The position numbers and the translations under genes are program-made. Below, piece by piece: positions 23,470 through 32,442 of a stretch of DNA of 64,000 nt (positions are counted from its first letter, which is position 1; each line of letters begins with the position of its first letter). Source of the stretch: Gammaproteobacteria bacterium (lineage in GTDB: Bacteria > Pseudomonadota > Gammaproteobacteria > Ga0077554 > Ga007554). Where the stretch lies: assembly GCA_033717875.1 (NCBI GenBank), contig JADDKJ010000002.1:2820-66819 (forward strand), given 5' to 3'. The notes under the pieces are model-generated. The model was not told where the DNA came from and made no database searches. It was given only the letters and a program-made list of their open reading frames with translations.

Positions 23470-23769
23470 ATGCCGACAAAGAAACTGTCTCCCGTTCATC
23501 CAGGCGAGATTTTGCTGGAAGAATTCCTGATCCCTATGAACATCAGCCAAAACCGGCTTGCCCTGGACATGGGCATCTCAGCGCGGCGCATCAACGAGAT
23601 CGTGCATGGCAAACGCGCTATCACAGCGGATACGGCCCTGCGCCTGGGACGGTATTTCGGCATGTCGCCTCAATTCTGGCTGGGATTGCAAATGGATTAT
23701 GATCTGGATGTTACCGAAGATCGGTTCGCGGAAAAGATCATGCGCCAAGTGCATCCTCGCGCGGCATAA
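23470..23769 (+). CDS. higA: HigA-family (XRE HTH) antitoxin, orphan (no adjacent toxin gene)
   Basis: 99 aa. VHPGEILLEEFLIPMNISQNRLALDMGISARRINEIVHGKRAITADTALRLGRYFGMSPQFWLGLQMDYDL. About 65% identical to the HigA at 61938-62243. Only 61 nt separate it from the metF stop, so no room for a higB. Confidence 0.75.
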   Translation: MPTKKLSPVHPGEILLEEFLIPMNISQNRLALDMGISARRINEIVHGKRAITADTALRLGRYFGMSPQFWLGLQMDYDLDVTEDRFAEKIMRQVHPRAA

Positions 23770-25017
23770 CTACTCATACCTCAACGCCACCACCGGCCGC
23801 ATCCTCGCCGCGCGGCGGGCGGGGTAGTAGCCGGAGAGGACGCCGACGCCGACCGAGACGGTGAGGGCGACCACGACCATGAACCAGGAGGGCGCCAGGG
23901 GGAAACCGGTCGCCAATGCCAGTCCGTAACTCGCCAGCGCCCCCACCATCAAGCCCAGCATGCCGCCAAGGGTGGAGATGAAGACCGCCTCCGCCAGAAA
24001 CTGAAGCAGAATATCGCGCCGGCGCGCGCCGATGGCCTTGCGCAGGCCGATTTCGCGCGTCCGTTCCAGCACCGAGGTGCTCATGATGTTCATGATCCCC
24101 AGGCCCCCGACCAGCAGTGATACCGAAGCCGCCACCACACCGATCAGCGCCACGCCTTGCAGGATGCGATCGGCCGTGTCGATATACTGCGCCATCATCT
24201 CTCCCTTGTAGGCATAGCGGTCGCCGTGGCGGCGCTTGAGGGTGTCGATGATCTGGCTTACCGCGGCGCTGGCCTGGTCCTGGCGGACAGCTTCGGCTTG
24301 CAGCCAGTTGATTTCTTTTTTGCCAAGCTGCTGTTGATACAATGTGTAGGGTATCAGGATGCGATTGTTCGCGTCCTGCCCGCCGGCCGAGCCGATGCTG
24401 GCGAGAAAGCTGCGGCTCTTGGCTTTGAGCACGCCGACCACGGTGTATTTTTGCTGGCCGATGCGAATTTCCCTGCCGAGCGGATTTTGCGCCGCGCCGA
24501 ACAGATCGGCATGCGGCTGGGGGCCGATGATGGCCACAGGGCGGCGGCGCTCTTCGTCCTGGATGCGGAAGGAACGGCCCAGCGCAAGGGTATCGTTGGT
24601 GATCGCGGTATATTCGCTGCCCACACCCTCGACGCTGGCGTTGCTGTAGCGGTTCCCGGCGCGGACCAACTGCCGTTTGCCGAAGTCATACACCACGGGG
24701 CTGACACGGCTGACCGCCGGGCAGCAGCCGGCGCGGACGGCGGCGTAATCATCGTTATCGATGCCGGTGCCCTTGCGCACGGCGCGGTGCGGGTCTTTGT
24801 CCTGCCGGTCGCGGAACACCCACACCGACTTGAGCCCGAACGTCTCCAGCTCGGAGAACACCAGATAATGACCGCCCTTGCTGATCGTACCCACCGCCAT
24901 CACGGCGGTGATGCCGACCGCGATACCGAGCACGCTCAGCACGCTGCGCAGCCAGTTGTCCCTGAGCGCCCACCACGCCTGGACGACGATGTCGCGCCAA
25001 TAACCGACAACTTTCAC
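23770..25017 (-). CDS. ABC transporter permease (FtsX/MacB/DevC-like)
   Basis: 415 aa. N-terminal TM helix, large periplasmic domain, C-terminal FtsX-like 3-TM bundle (LGGLGIMNIM...). Translationally coupled downstream of the ATPase gene. Confidence 0.85.
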   Translation of the reverse strand: MKVVGYWRDIVVQAWWALRDNWLRSVLSVLGIAVGITAVMAVGTISKGGHYLVFSELETFGLKSVWVFRDRQDKDPHRAVRKGTGIDNDDYAAVRAGCCPAVSRVSPVVYDFGKRQLVRAGNRYSNASVEGVGSEYTAITNDTLALGRSFRIQDEERRRPVAIIGPQPHADLFGAAQNPLGREIRIGQQKYTVVGVLKAKSRSFLASIGSAGGQDANNRILIPYTLYQQQLGKKEINWLQAEAVRQDQASAAVSQIIDTLKRRHGDRYAYKGEMMAQYIDTADRILQGVALIGVVAASVSLLVGGLGIMNIMSTSVLERTREIGLRKAIGARRRDILLQFLAEAVFISTLGGMLGLMVGALASYGLALATGFPLAPSWFMVVVALTVSVGVGVLSGYYPARRAARMRPVVALRYE

Positions 25018-25688
25018 CTGCGCTCGTCCTTTTCGATCACACCATCCCGCAAGCGGATGACACGCCGCGCATAGGTCGCGATCTCTTCCTCGTGCGTCAC
25101 CATCACGATGGTCTTGCCTTGCTGATGCAGATTAGAAAACAGGCGCATGATGTCGTGGCCCGACACCGAATCGAGACTGCCGGTCGGCTCGTCGGCGATG
25201 ATGATGTCGGGATCGTTGATCAGCGCCCGCGCGATCGCCACGCGCTGCTGCTGCCCGCCGGACAGCCGGGCCGGGGAATGCGTTGCGCGACCCTCCAGCC
25301 CGACCCTCTTCAGCGCCGCATAGGCGCGACGCTGGCGCTCGGCGGGCGCAACGCGATGATAAACCATGGGCAGCTCGACATTGCGCAGGGCATTGATGCG
25401 CGGGATGAGATTGAACGACTGGAAAACGAACCCCAGGCGCGCATTGCGAAGCGCCGCCAGCTCATCCTCGGAGGCCGCCTCGATGGTAACGCCATCCAGC
25501 CGGTAGCTGCCCTGATCCACCGTATCCAGACAACCGATCACATTCAGCAGCGTGGACTTGCCCGAGCCAGAGGGTCCCATGATGGCAACAAACTCGCCCG
25601 CCTCGATATGTAGCGACAACCCCTTCAGCACCGGCAGCACCACTTCGCCGAAGCGATAGGATTTGCCGGCGTCTCGCAACTCTATCAT
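25014..25688 (-). CDS. ABC transporter ATP-binding protein (MacB/LolD/DevA-like)
   Basis: 224 aa. Walker [10 protein letters not shown], signature [15 protein letters not shown], Walker [13 protein letters not shown]. Confidence 0.9.
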   Translation of the reverse strand: MIELRDAGKSYRFGEVVLPVLKGLSLHIEAGEFVAIMGPSGSGKSTLLNVIGCLDTVDQGSYRLDGVTIEAASEDELAALRNARLGFVFQSFNLIPRINALRNVELPMVYHRVAPAERQRRAYAALKRVGLEGRATHSPARLSGGQQQRVAIARALINDPDIIIADEPTGSLDSVSGHDIMRLFSNLHQQGKTIVMVTHEEEIATYARRVIRLRDGVIEKDERR

Positions 25689-26773
25689 CGCGGCTTTCTT
25701 GCCTCCACGCGCACGCGGTCGCCCTCGTTCAGCGTCTTGCCTTCGGCGAGGATGACCTGCTGCCCGGCGCTGACGCCTTGCAGAATCTCGGTATGCGTCA
25801 GATCCTCGATGCCGGTGACCACGGGCAGCAGCTTCACACGACCCTGCTCGATCGCCGCCACCCAGGTCTTTTCGTCCTTGCTGATCAACGCGGCGAACGG
25901 CACTTTGAGCGCCTTGGACCGGAAAGCGGTGCGGATCTTCACATCCACCTGTTGACCAAGGCGCAGCGGCGGCGCGCCATTGTCTATATCAGCGCCCAGA
26001 CTCAGATAGACATTGACGGTATTGGCGGCTTCCTCTTTCTCCACCGACGGCGCCAGGCGCATCACCCGCTCGGACCACTGCCGTCCGGGAAAGGCGTCGC
26101 TGGACAGCGTGACTTCCTGCCCCACCGCGATGCCGGCGCTGTCGTCGGCGTCGACTTTCACCTCGATTTCGCGCCGCTCGAGATCGGCCAGCGTGAACAA
26201 GGCTTCGGGCGGCACGATCCACTGCCCGGCGCGCACCGGGCTCAGGGTGATCAGGCCGGCAAAAGGCGCCGTCACATTCAGATTGTCCAGCGCCACATGC
26301 GCCAGACGCAGCTCCGCTGCGGCGACACCTTCCTTCGCCTGAGCGCTCTTGAGCTGCGCTTCGGCATCCTCCAGTTTATAGGCCGGTTCAAGGCCGGACG
26401 GCACCACCCGCCGGAAACGCGCCACGGTCTGCGCCACCTGCGCCACCTCGGCCTGCGCCAGACGCAGCGCCGCCTCCACCTTGCCCATCTGGGCGCGCAC
26501 CTCCTTGTCATCCAGCCGCGCCAGCACCTCTCCCGCCGCGACACGCTGCCCTTCCTTTGCATAAACCGCCTCCACCTGCCCCGCCGAGCGGGCGGTCACC
26601 TTCACTTCATGTCCGCTGGTAACCTTGCCTGTGGCGATAAGAAAAACCGACAGCGGTCCTTCCTCCACGGCGGCTGTCGTCACCGACACCCCTTCGGCGG
26701 CGCTGAATTTCCAGGCGGCAAGCGCGCCGGCCACTGCCAATGACAAGATGGCGATAACGATCAATTTACGCAT
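25685..26773 (-). CDS. Efflux periplasmic adaptor subunit (HlyD/MacA/DevB family)
   Basis: 362 aa. Signal/TM anchor MRKLIVIAILSLAVAGALA, coiled-coil region, beta-barrel/lipoyl-like C-terminus. First gene of the adaptor-ATPase-permease operon. Confidence 0.85.
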   Translation of the reverse strand: MRKLIVIAILSLAVAGALAAWKFSAAEGVSVTTAAVEEGPLSVFLIATGKVTSGHEVKVTARSAGQVEAVYAKEGQRVAAGEVLARLDDKEVRAQMGKVEAALRLAQAEVAQVAQTVARFRRVVPSGLEPAYKLEDAEAQLKSAQAKEGVAAAELRLAHVALDNLNVTAPFAGLITLSPVRAGQWIVPPEALFTLADLERREIEVKVDADDSAGIAVGQEVTLSSDAFPGRQWSERVMRLAPSVEKEEAANTVNVYLSLGADIDNGAPPLRLGQQVDVKIRTAFRSKALKVPFAALISKDEKTWVAAIEQGRVKLLPVVTGIEDLTHTEILQGVSAGQQVILAEGKTLNEGDRVRVEARKPR

Positions 26774-26834
26774 TGATAAACTCTACCAAGAACCCAACAT
26801 TTTCACTATCAAGGCTTTTCGAGAGGAATAAATC

Positions 26835-27023
26835 ATGCATCCCAAACCGGATACACGCCAGGAAGGAATGTTGAGCTGTGAAGTCTGTATGAAGGAGATT
26901 CCCGCGTCGACCGCCAAAAGCTGCGAGGCGGAGGACTATGTGCACTATTTCTGCGGGGCGGAATGCTTTGAGAAATGGCGAAAAAGAGCGGCGGACAATG
27001 CTTTCAGGGAAAAATCGAAGTAA
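26835..27023 (+). CDS. Small Cys-rich protein, DUF3330-like
   Basis: 62 aa. CEVCMKEIPASTAKSCEAEDYVHYFCGAECFEKW resembles DUF3330 proteins (often near metal-resistance loci). Confidence 0.55.
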   Translation: MHPKPDTRQEGMLSCEVCMKEIPASTAKSCEAEDYVHYFCGAECFEKWRKRAADNAFREKSK

Positions 27024-27038
27024 AGCGTTTCTTGGTCT

Positions 27039-27374
27039 TCAGTGCGGATGCTCGTCGGACGGTTCCTTGTAGCGCAGCACTTCTTGCAAGGAACGGAAAG
27101 TGATCGCATCGAAATCACGAAACATGAAACCGACGCCATCGCCTGTCGCACGCACGACCTTGGCCCTGATTTTATGCTTTATCGGTTTGCCCCCTGACTT
27201 CAGCATGAAAATCAGTTCGACGTGCGCTTCCAGCGGCAGGGGCAACTCCGCAGCTTCGAGAAATACCCCGCCCAGGCCGATGTCCCGGGCCTTGCGCACC
27301 CCGACTTCTCCGCCCTTGTAAAAAATTCCGACATCTACGTGTATGGGCGTCCGCGTTGCCCAGCGGCGTTCCAT
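27039..27374 (-). CDS. PilZ domain protein (small, single-domain)
   Basis: 111 aa. Basic RxxxR-like segment (RRWATR) and DIGLGGVFLEA (DxGxGG) motif of c-di-GMP-binding PilZ domains. Confidence 0.7.
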   Translation of the reverse strand: MERRWATRTPIHVDVGIFYKGGEVGVRKARDIGLGGVFLEAAELPLPLEAHVELIFMLKSGGKPIKHKIRAKVVRATGDGVGFMFRDFDAITFRSLQEVLRYKEPSDEHPH

Positions 27375-27616
27375 GACAATAACCTCCGTTTTCGTTGCTT
27401 GAACCTGGAAACGCCAATCATCTGTACTGATTATCAGCGTAACGCCCCCGCTTTAACGAGTAGCAAAATACGCACCAAATGCCGGGGCAAAAACAATAAC
27501 AAACGAAAAAACAAAGAGATAAAATATAATCAAATGATTGTTTTCTGATTCTCAGACAGGAAACACCCGGTATGGTGTAAATTTTTTCGACACTTCGACA
27601 GATAATTGGCGAGGCG

Positions 27617-28603
27617 CTACACGCGGAAGAGAGGAAACGCCATAACTTCGTCAAGCGCTCGCGCCTGCGCAGCGATCATGAGCACGCGGTCGACGCCCAA
27701 CGCCACGCCGGAACAATCAGGCAATCCATGCTCCAGGGCCGCAAGCAAACGCTCGTCAACTGGAACATCGCTCAACCTGGCATCCCGCCGCCGCGCCCGA
27801 TCAGCCTCGAAACGGTACCGCTGCTCACGGGCATCTCCCAGCTCATGATAACCATTGGCCAGCTCGATCCCGTCGATATACAGCTCGAAACGCTCCGCTA
27901 CAGGCGGATTTCCAGGGCGGATGCGGGCCAGGGCGGCTTGCGAGGGCGGGTAATCAAAAATAAATATCGGCCGCTCCTTGCCCAGATGAGGCTCGACCAA
28001 ATGCGTCAGCAGCAGATCGAGCCAGCCATCTCTGTCGTCGCCCGCAAGACTGAGTGATTCACTAAACTTTTCGACCGAAGCGATACGTTGAAGTTCAGCG
28101 GCGGTTGCCGCATGCGGATCGATACCCGCATAGCGGATGAACGCTTCGGCATAGCTGAGACGTTCGGCGGCGGGCGTGCCCAACAGGCTCGCCATCAGCG
28201 CATCCATCTCGTCCATCAAGGCATGCAGATCGAACCCCGGGCGATACCATTCGAGCAGGGTGAACTCGGGATTGTGGCGCCGCCCCGCCTCGCCATTTCT
28301 AAACACCTTGCCCAGTTGATAGATGGACCCGCTGCCGGCGGCGAGCAGGCGTTTCATAGCGAACTCCGGCGAGGTTTGAAGATAGAGGGTTTGGCCGGCG
28401 GCGGCGCCGGGGCCGGTATAGCGGGCGACAAAACTGTCCAGGTGCGGATCGGTCGCTGTCGTGGAAGACAGTAGCGGCGTCTCCACCTCCAGCACACCGC
28501 GCTCGGCGAAAAAAGCGCGAATGGCGGCCAGCATGCGGGCGCGCAGCCGCAGGTTTTCAAGCGTTGCGGTGGGCCGCCATTCGAGGGGAGAGTCGTTTTG
28601 CAA
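27617..28603 (-). CDS. epmA: EF-P lysine-34 lysyltransferase (GenX/PoxA)
   Basis: ORF 27617..28867(-). Homology to EpmA begins near [40 protein letters not shown] (E. coli ...[34 protein letters not shown]). Class II aaRS core motifs follow. Proposed TTG start at 28603, 9 nt after the efp stop; start is uncertain. Confidence 0.75.
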   Translation of the reverse strand: [328 protein letters not shown]

Positions 28604-28611
28604 ACGGCGCG

Positions 28612-29181
28612 TCAGGCCTTGGCCCGCGACAGATACTCCCCTGTGCGGGTGTTCACCTTGAGGATGTCGCCGATCTCGACGAACAGCGGCACGCGCACCA
28701 CGGCGCCCGTCTCCAGCGTGGCGGGCTTGCCGCCGCCGCCCGAGGTGTCGCCGCGCAGGCCGGGATCGGTGTCGACCACCTTGAGCGTGACGGTATTCGG
28801 CGGCGTGACGCTCAGAGGCACGCCATTCCATAGCGTAACCACACAGACATCCTGCTCCTTCAGCCACTTGATGGCGTCTTCCACGGCGGGTTTGTCCGCG
28901 GCCACCTGCTCGAAAGTCTCCGGCACCATGAAATGCCAGTGCTGACCATCGTTATACAGATATTGCATCTCGACATCGACCACGTCCGCGCCTTCCACGG
29001 TATCGCCGGATTTGAAGGTGCGCTCGATGACGCGGCCGGTCTTTAGATTGCGGAATTTGACGCGGTTGAACGCCTGTCCCTTGCCGGGCTTGACGAATTC
29101 GTTCTCCAGAATCGCACAAGGGTCGCCGTCCATCATGATCTTGAGACCCGATTTGAATTCGTTGGTGCTGAATGTGGCCAT
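28612..29181 (-). CDS. efp: Elongation factor P
   Basis: ORF 28612..29256(-). Start [50 protein letters not shown] at 29181. Conserved modified-lysine loop KPGKGQAF. Confidence 0.95.
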   Translation of the reverse strand: MATFSTNEFKSGLKIMMDGDPCAILENEFVKPGKGQAFNRVKFRNLKTGRVIERTFKSGDTVEGADVVDVEMQYLYNDGQHWHFMVPETFEQVAADKPAVEDAIKWLKEQDVCVVTLWNGVPLSVTPPNTVTLKVVDTDPGLRGDTSGGGGKPATLETGAVVRVPLFVEIGDILKVNTRTGEYLSRAKA

Positions 29182-29256
29182 GCCTTCCTCGCTGAGATAG
29201 GTGTTTGTGGATACGGAGGTGCCCGGAACTTTCGTACTGCTGTAAACTGTGCGCAT

Positions 29257-30261
29257 ATGTTACCGCGAACTCTCCATTCTGGGCAGCCTTCCCAATGGCA
29301 AAAATTATTGGCCCAGGCGATCAGCGACCCTTTTGAGCTGTTAGCGCGGCTGGGCCTGCCCCCGGACATCCTTCCCCCCAGCGCCATCGCCCGCCGCCAG
29401 TTCTCGCTGCGCGTGCCGCGCGGCTATGTGGCGCGGATGCGCAAGGGCGACCCCGGCGACCCGTTGCTGCGCCAGATATTTCCGCATCAGGATGAAGAAC
29501 ACGATGCGCCGGGATTCAGCCCGGATCCGGTCGGGGATCTCGCCGCCATGCCGCTTCCCGGCCTATTGCACAAATACCACGGCCGCGCCCTGCTGGTCGC
29601 CACCGGGGCCTGCGCCATTCATTGCCGTTATTGCTTCCGCCGACACTTTCCCTATGGCGATGCCAATCCCGCCGCCGGCCAGTGGGACGCGGCGCTGGAC
29701 TATCTCGCCTCGGACGCCTCGATCACCGAGATCATCCTGAGCGGCGGCGATCCCCTCACGCTCACCGACTTGCGCCTGGCGCCCCTGGCGCAGCGGCTCT
29801 CCGCCATCCCGCACCTGAAAAGGCTGCGCATCCATACCCGCCTGCCCGTGGTGTTGCCCGAGCGCGTCGATGACGGACTGCTCGCCTGGCTTGGGAACAC
29901 ACGCCTGAAACCGGTCATGGTGATCCACGCCAACCACGCCAACGAGATCGACGATCAGGTGCGCCATGCCCTGGCGATGCTGGCCGAGGCGGGTGTGACG
30001 CTATTCAACCAATCGGTGCTGCTGCGCGGAGTGAACGACAGCGCGCAGGCATTGGCCAACCTCAGCGAAACGCTGTTCGACAGCGGCGTCACGCCCTATT
30101 ACCTGCACCTGCTGGACAAGGTGCGCGGCGCCACCCATTTCGACACCGGCGCCTCCCGCGCCGAAACGCTCCTGACCGAGCTGCGCAATCGCCTGCCCGG
30201 CTATCTCGTCCCGCGCCTGGTTCGCGAAGAAGCGGGCGCCCCCAGCAAATTACCTTTGTAA
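29257..30261 (+). CDS. epmB: EF-P beta-lysylation protein EpmB (lysine 2,3-aminomutase-like radical SAM)
   Basis: 334 aa. [23 protein letters not shown] parallels E. coli EpmB DWLTQLADVVTDPDELLRLLNI. Radical-SAM CxxxCxxC ([11 protein letters not shown]). Divergent from efp. Confidence 0.9.
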   Translation: MLPRTLHSGQPSQWQKLLAQAISDPFELLARLGLPPDILPPSAIARRQFSLRVPRGYVARMRKGDPGDPLLRQIFPHQDEEHDAPGFSPDPVGDLAAMPLPGLLHKYHGRALLVATGACAIHCRYCFRRHFPYGDANPAAGQWDAALDYLASDASITEIILSGGDPLTLTDLRLAPLAQRLSAIPHLKRLRIHTRLPVVLPERVDDGLLAWLGNTRLKPVMVIHANHANEIDDQVRHALAMLAEAGVTLFNQSVLLRGVNDSAQALANLSETLFDSGVTPYYLHLLDKVRGATHFDTGASRAETLLTELRNRLPGYLVPRLVREEAGAPSKLPL

Positions 30262-30378
30262 AATAAATGTAGGGCGGGTTAACAACCCACCAAGCGTGCG
30301 AAGCACACAAGCTGTTTACGGAGCGCCTGGCGCCACGAATGGCGGATTACGGCGCCGAAAAGAGCGCCTAACCCGCTC
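30262..30378. repeat. Repeat family B copy downstream of epmB
   Basis: AAATGTAGGGCGGGTTAACAACCCACCAAGCGTGCGAAGCACACAAGC... ending CGCCTAACCCGCTCC. Compare 1901-1960 AAATGTAGGGAGGGTAAGCGCC...GCGTAACCCGCCGAGCGTGCGCAGCACACAACG. Confidence 0.6.
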
Positions 30379-30525
30379 CACATCAATTCGCTCTCCCCCC
30401 AGAAAATTATCTTTCCAAAACAAGGAGCAAGGAAACACCCCTGTTTCCCGCAAGAATCCTGCTAAGCATCCCGCAGCCTTGGCCGATACAGTGGTGACAA
30501 AACTTTTCACCCTGGAACACTCGCC

Positions 30526-32277
30526 ATGATGGACAATTGCGATCTGAGACTATACCTTCCGCCCAAGCAGGAATCCCAGAATCTGGCCTGCGAGCCCCAC
30601 CCTCCCAAGGTGAAGGAATGGCTGGAACGGCTGCCGTTAAGCAATACCGGTGAAACCGCACGCCTGGTTTATCACGAACTGAAGGCGCTGAACCGGATGA
30701 GCATCGCCATCCAGTCGCGGCTCCAGATTCTCGAATTGTTCAAATCGCCGGTGCGGCACATCACCGGCGAACTGAAAAAACATTATCTTGGCGCGCCACT
30801 GCCGCTGGCCGAGATCAACTTCAAGGCCGCCCACCTGGTCCGCGAACTCCACGCGGAGATGGCCAATGGTTACAAGATCATCGCCACCAGCCTGCTGACC
30901 AATGAAGCCACGGCCAGCATGACGCTCCCTCACCTTCATCGCGCCATGCGCCATCTCAGCGAAATGGCGCTGACTTCTTATCTGATGTACGCACCATGCC
31001 CGCAAACGCTATGGCGCGACCTTCATGAGATCTACCGCTTCACGGAACAGAAGAAGCTTCATGAAAGCCCCTTGCCGGACAACGAGGATACGGCGGGCCG
31101 GCCACGCAGCATCAGCGAAATGTACAAACACGCGCTGCTGCTGGCCCTGGCAAATCCTTACCAGCTCGCCCAGGAAGGCATCATGGAAGTCACGACGGCG
31201 CTCAACATGCTGGCCTCACATAGCCATCTGAACACGCTGTCCAGCCCGGCCGATGCGACAGGATCGTTCGTCATCAACCTGGAAAAAGACGCGCCGCCGA
31301 TGTCACTGGCGAACAACAAGGATTGCGGCCTTGATTCCTGCCGGGCACTCGACACCACGGACCTGATCCATCGCCTCTACCTTGCCGCAAGCGCCATCGA
31401 AGCGCCCGAACCCTCTCAGGAAGACAGCGATGAACCGGCACCGCTGTCAGCCGGCCTTGCACGCTGGCTGATCTCGGCCTGGGGCATCGTTTCCAGGCGG
31501 TCCTTGCCGCGTCTGCGGAAAACCGGACATGTCGTTGTCACGACGGGGCTGGACGCCATTTATAACGCGCTCAGCAGAACTTCCGTGGTGGATGCGGCGC
31601 ACTCCTTCAGGAAAAAGGACACATCCGTGGCGGAAAAAGCGCCTGGAGAAACAACCGCCGCCGTGCTGTCACGCGGCGATCATTTCAAGAAACAGCGCGA
31701 GCAAAAAACGGCCGCGCCGAAAAATCCGCTTTATACAACGCACATCTGCGCGGTCATCAACGAAAGCGAGTGCGGCGCCTGTCTGTCATGGAAAACGAAC
31801 GATACGAAAAAGCCGCCCTTCGACGCCGATGAGCTAATCGCCATTCAGGAAAACAACGAATCAGACACGAACGAATGGAGCATCGCGGTTATTCGCTGGA
31901 CGAAAAACACATCGAACTCGGAACTGGAGTTCGGCCTTGAAATGTTATCGCCTTCTGCGGAGCCGGTGCTTGTCCGCACCCTCCGGGCGGATCGTTCCGA
32001 TGAAACACCCTTGACCGGCCTGTTGTTGCCCGAGCTAAAGGCCAGCAATGCGCCCGCCAGACTGATAACGCCGGCAAAAGCATTCCAGACAGGCGCCCAG
32101 ATCATCATCAACACTCCCGGCGGAACACAGCATGCGTTACTCACCGAGATCACGGAAAGCAACCGCAACTTCACTCAATTTCATTTCATGCCCGTCCAGG
32201 CGGCCAGCCACGGCATGCTTTCCCCCGCAGCGCAGGAACAGGACATGAGCTTCGATCTGTTGTGGAACTCCCTCTAG
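30526..32277 (+). CDS. Hypothetical protein, paralog 1; large N-terminal uncharacterized domain plus C-terminal degenerate PilZ-like domain
   Basis: 583 aa. Full-length homology to the next ORF. C-terminus CAVINESECGACLSW ... WSIAVIRW ... LEFGLEML follows the PilZ (D/N)xSxxG and beta-barrel pattern (compare YcgR DLSLGGMGALL...GVFHFDAQLISI...RLSFRFL). The upstream RxxxR motif is replaced by Lys-rich FKKQREQK. Confidence 0.7.
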   Translation: MMDNCDLRLYLPPKQESQNLACEPHPPKVKEWLERLPLSNTGETARLVYHELKALNRMSIAIQSRLQILELFKSPVRHITGELKKHYLGAPLPLAEINFKAAHLVRELHAEMANGYKIIATSLLTNEATASMTLPHLHRAMRHLSEMALTSYLMYAPCPQTLWRDLHEIYRFTEQKKLHESPLPDNEDTAGRPRSISEMYKHALLLALANPYQLAQEGIMEVTTALNMLASHSHLNTLSSPADATGSFVINLEKDAPPMSLANNKDCGLDSCRALDTTDLIHRLYLAASAIEAPEPSQEDSDEPAPLSAGLARWLISAWGIVSRRSLPRLRKTGHVVVTTGLDAIYNALSRTSVVDAAHSFRKKDTSVAEKAPGETTAAVLSRGDHFKKQREQKTAAPKNPLYTTHICAVINESECGACLSWKTNDTKKPPFDADELIAIQENNESDTNEWSIAVIRWTKNTSNSELEFGLEMLSPSAEPVLVRTLRADRSDETPLTGLLLPELKASNAPARLITPAKAFQTGAQIIINTPGGTQHALLTEITESNRNFTQFHFMPVQAASHGMLSPAAQEQDMSFDLLWNSL

Positions 32278-32442
32278 CAAACCTCGCACCCTGCACAGCC
32301 TGCCAATGACAGGCTGCCAGTCTGACTCCACCTGACAGCGGAAGACCGGCCTCTTCCTCGCATCACCGCTCGTCTAAAGCTTTCAAAAACCGCGCCGATA
32401 ATACGGATAACCCTTTAACGATCAAGCGGGAGGATCAGCGCC

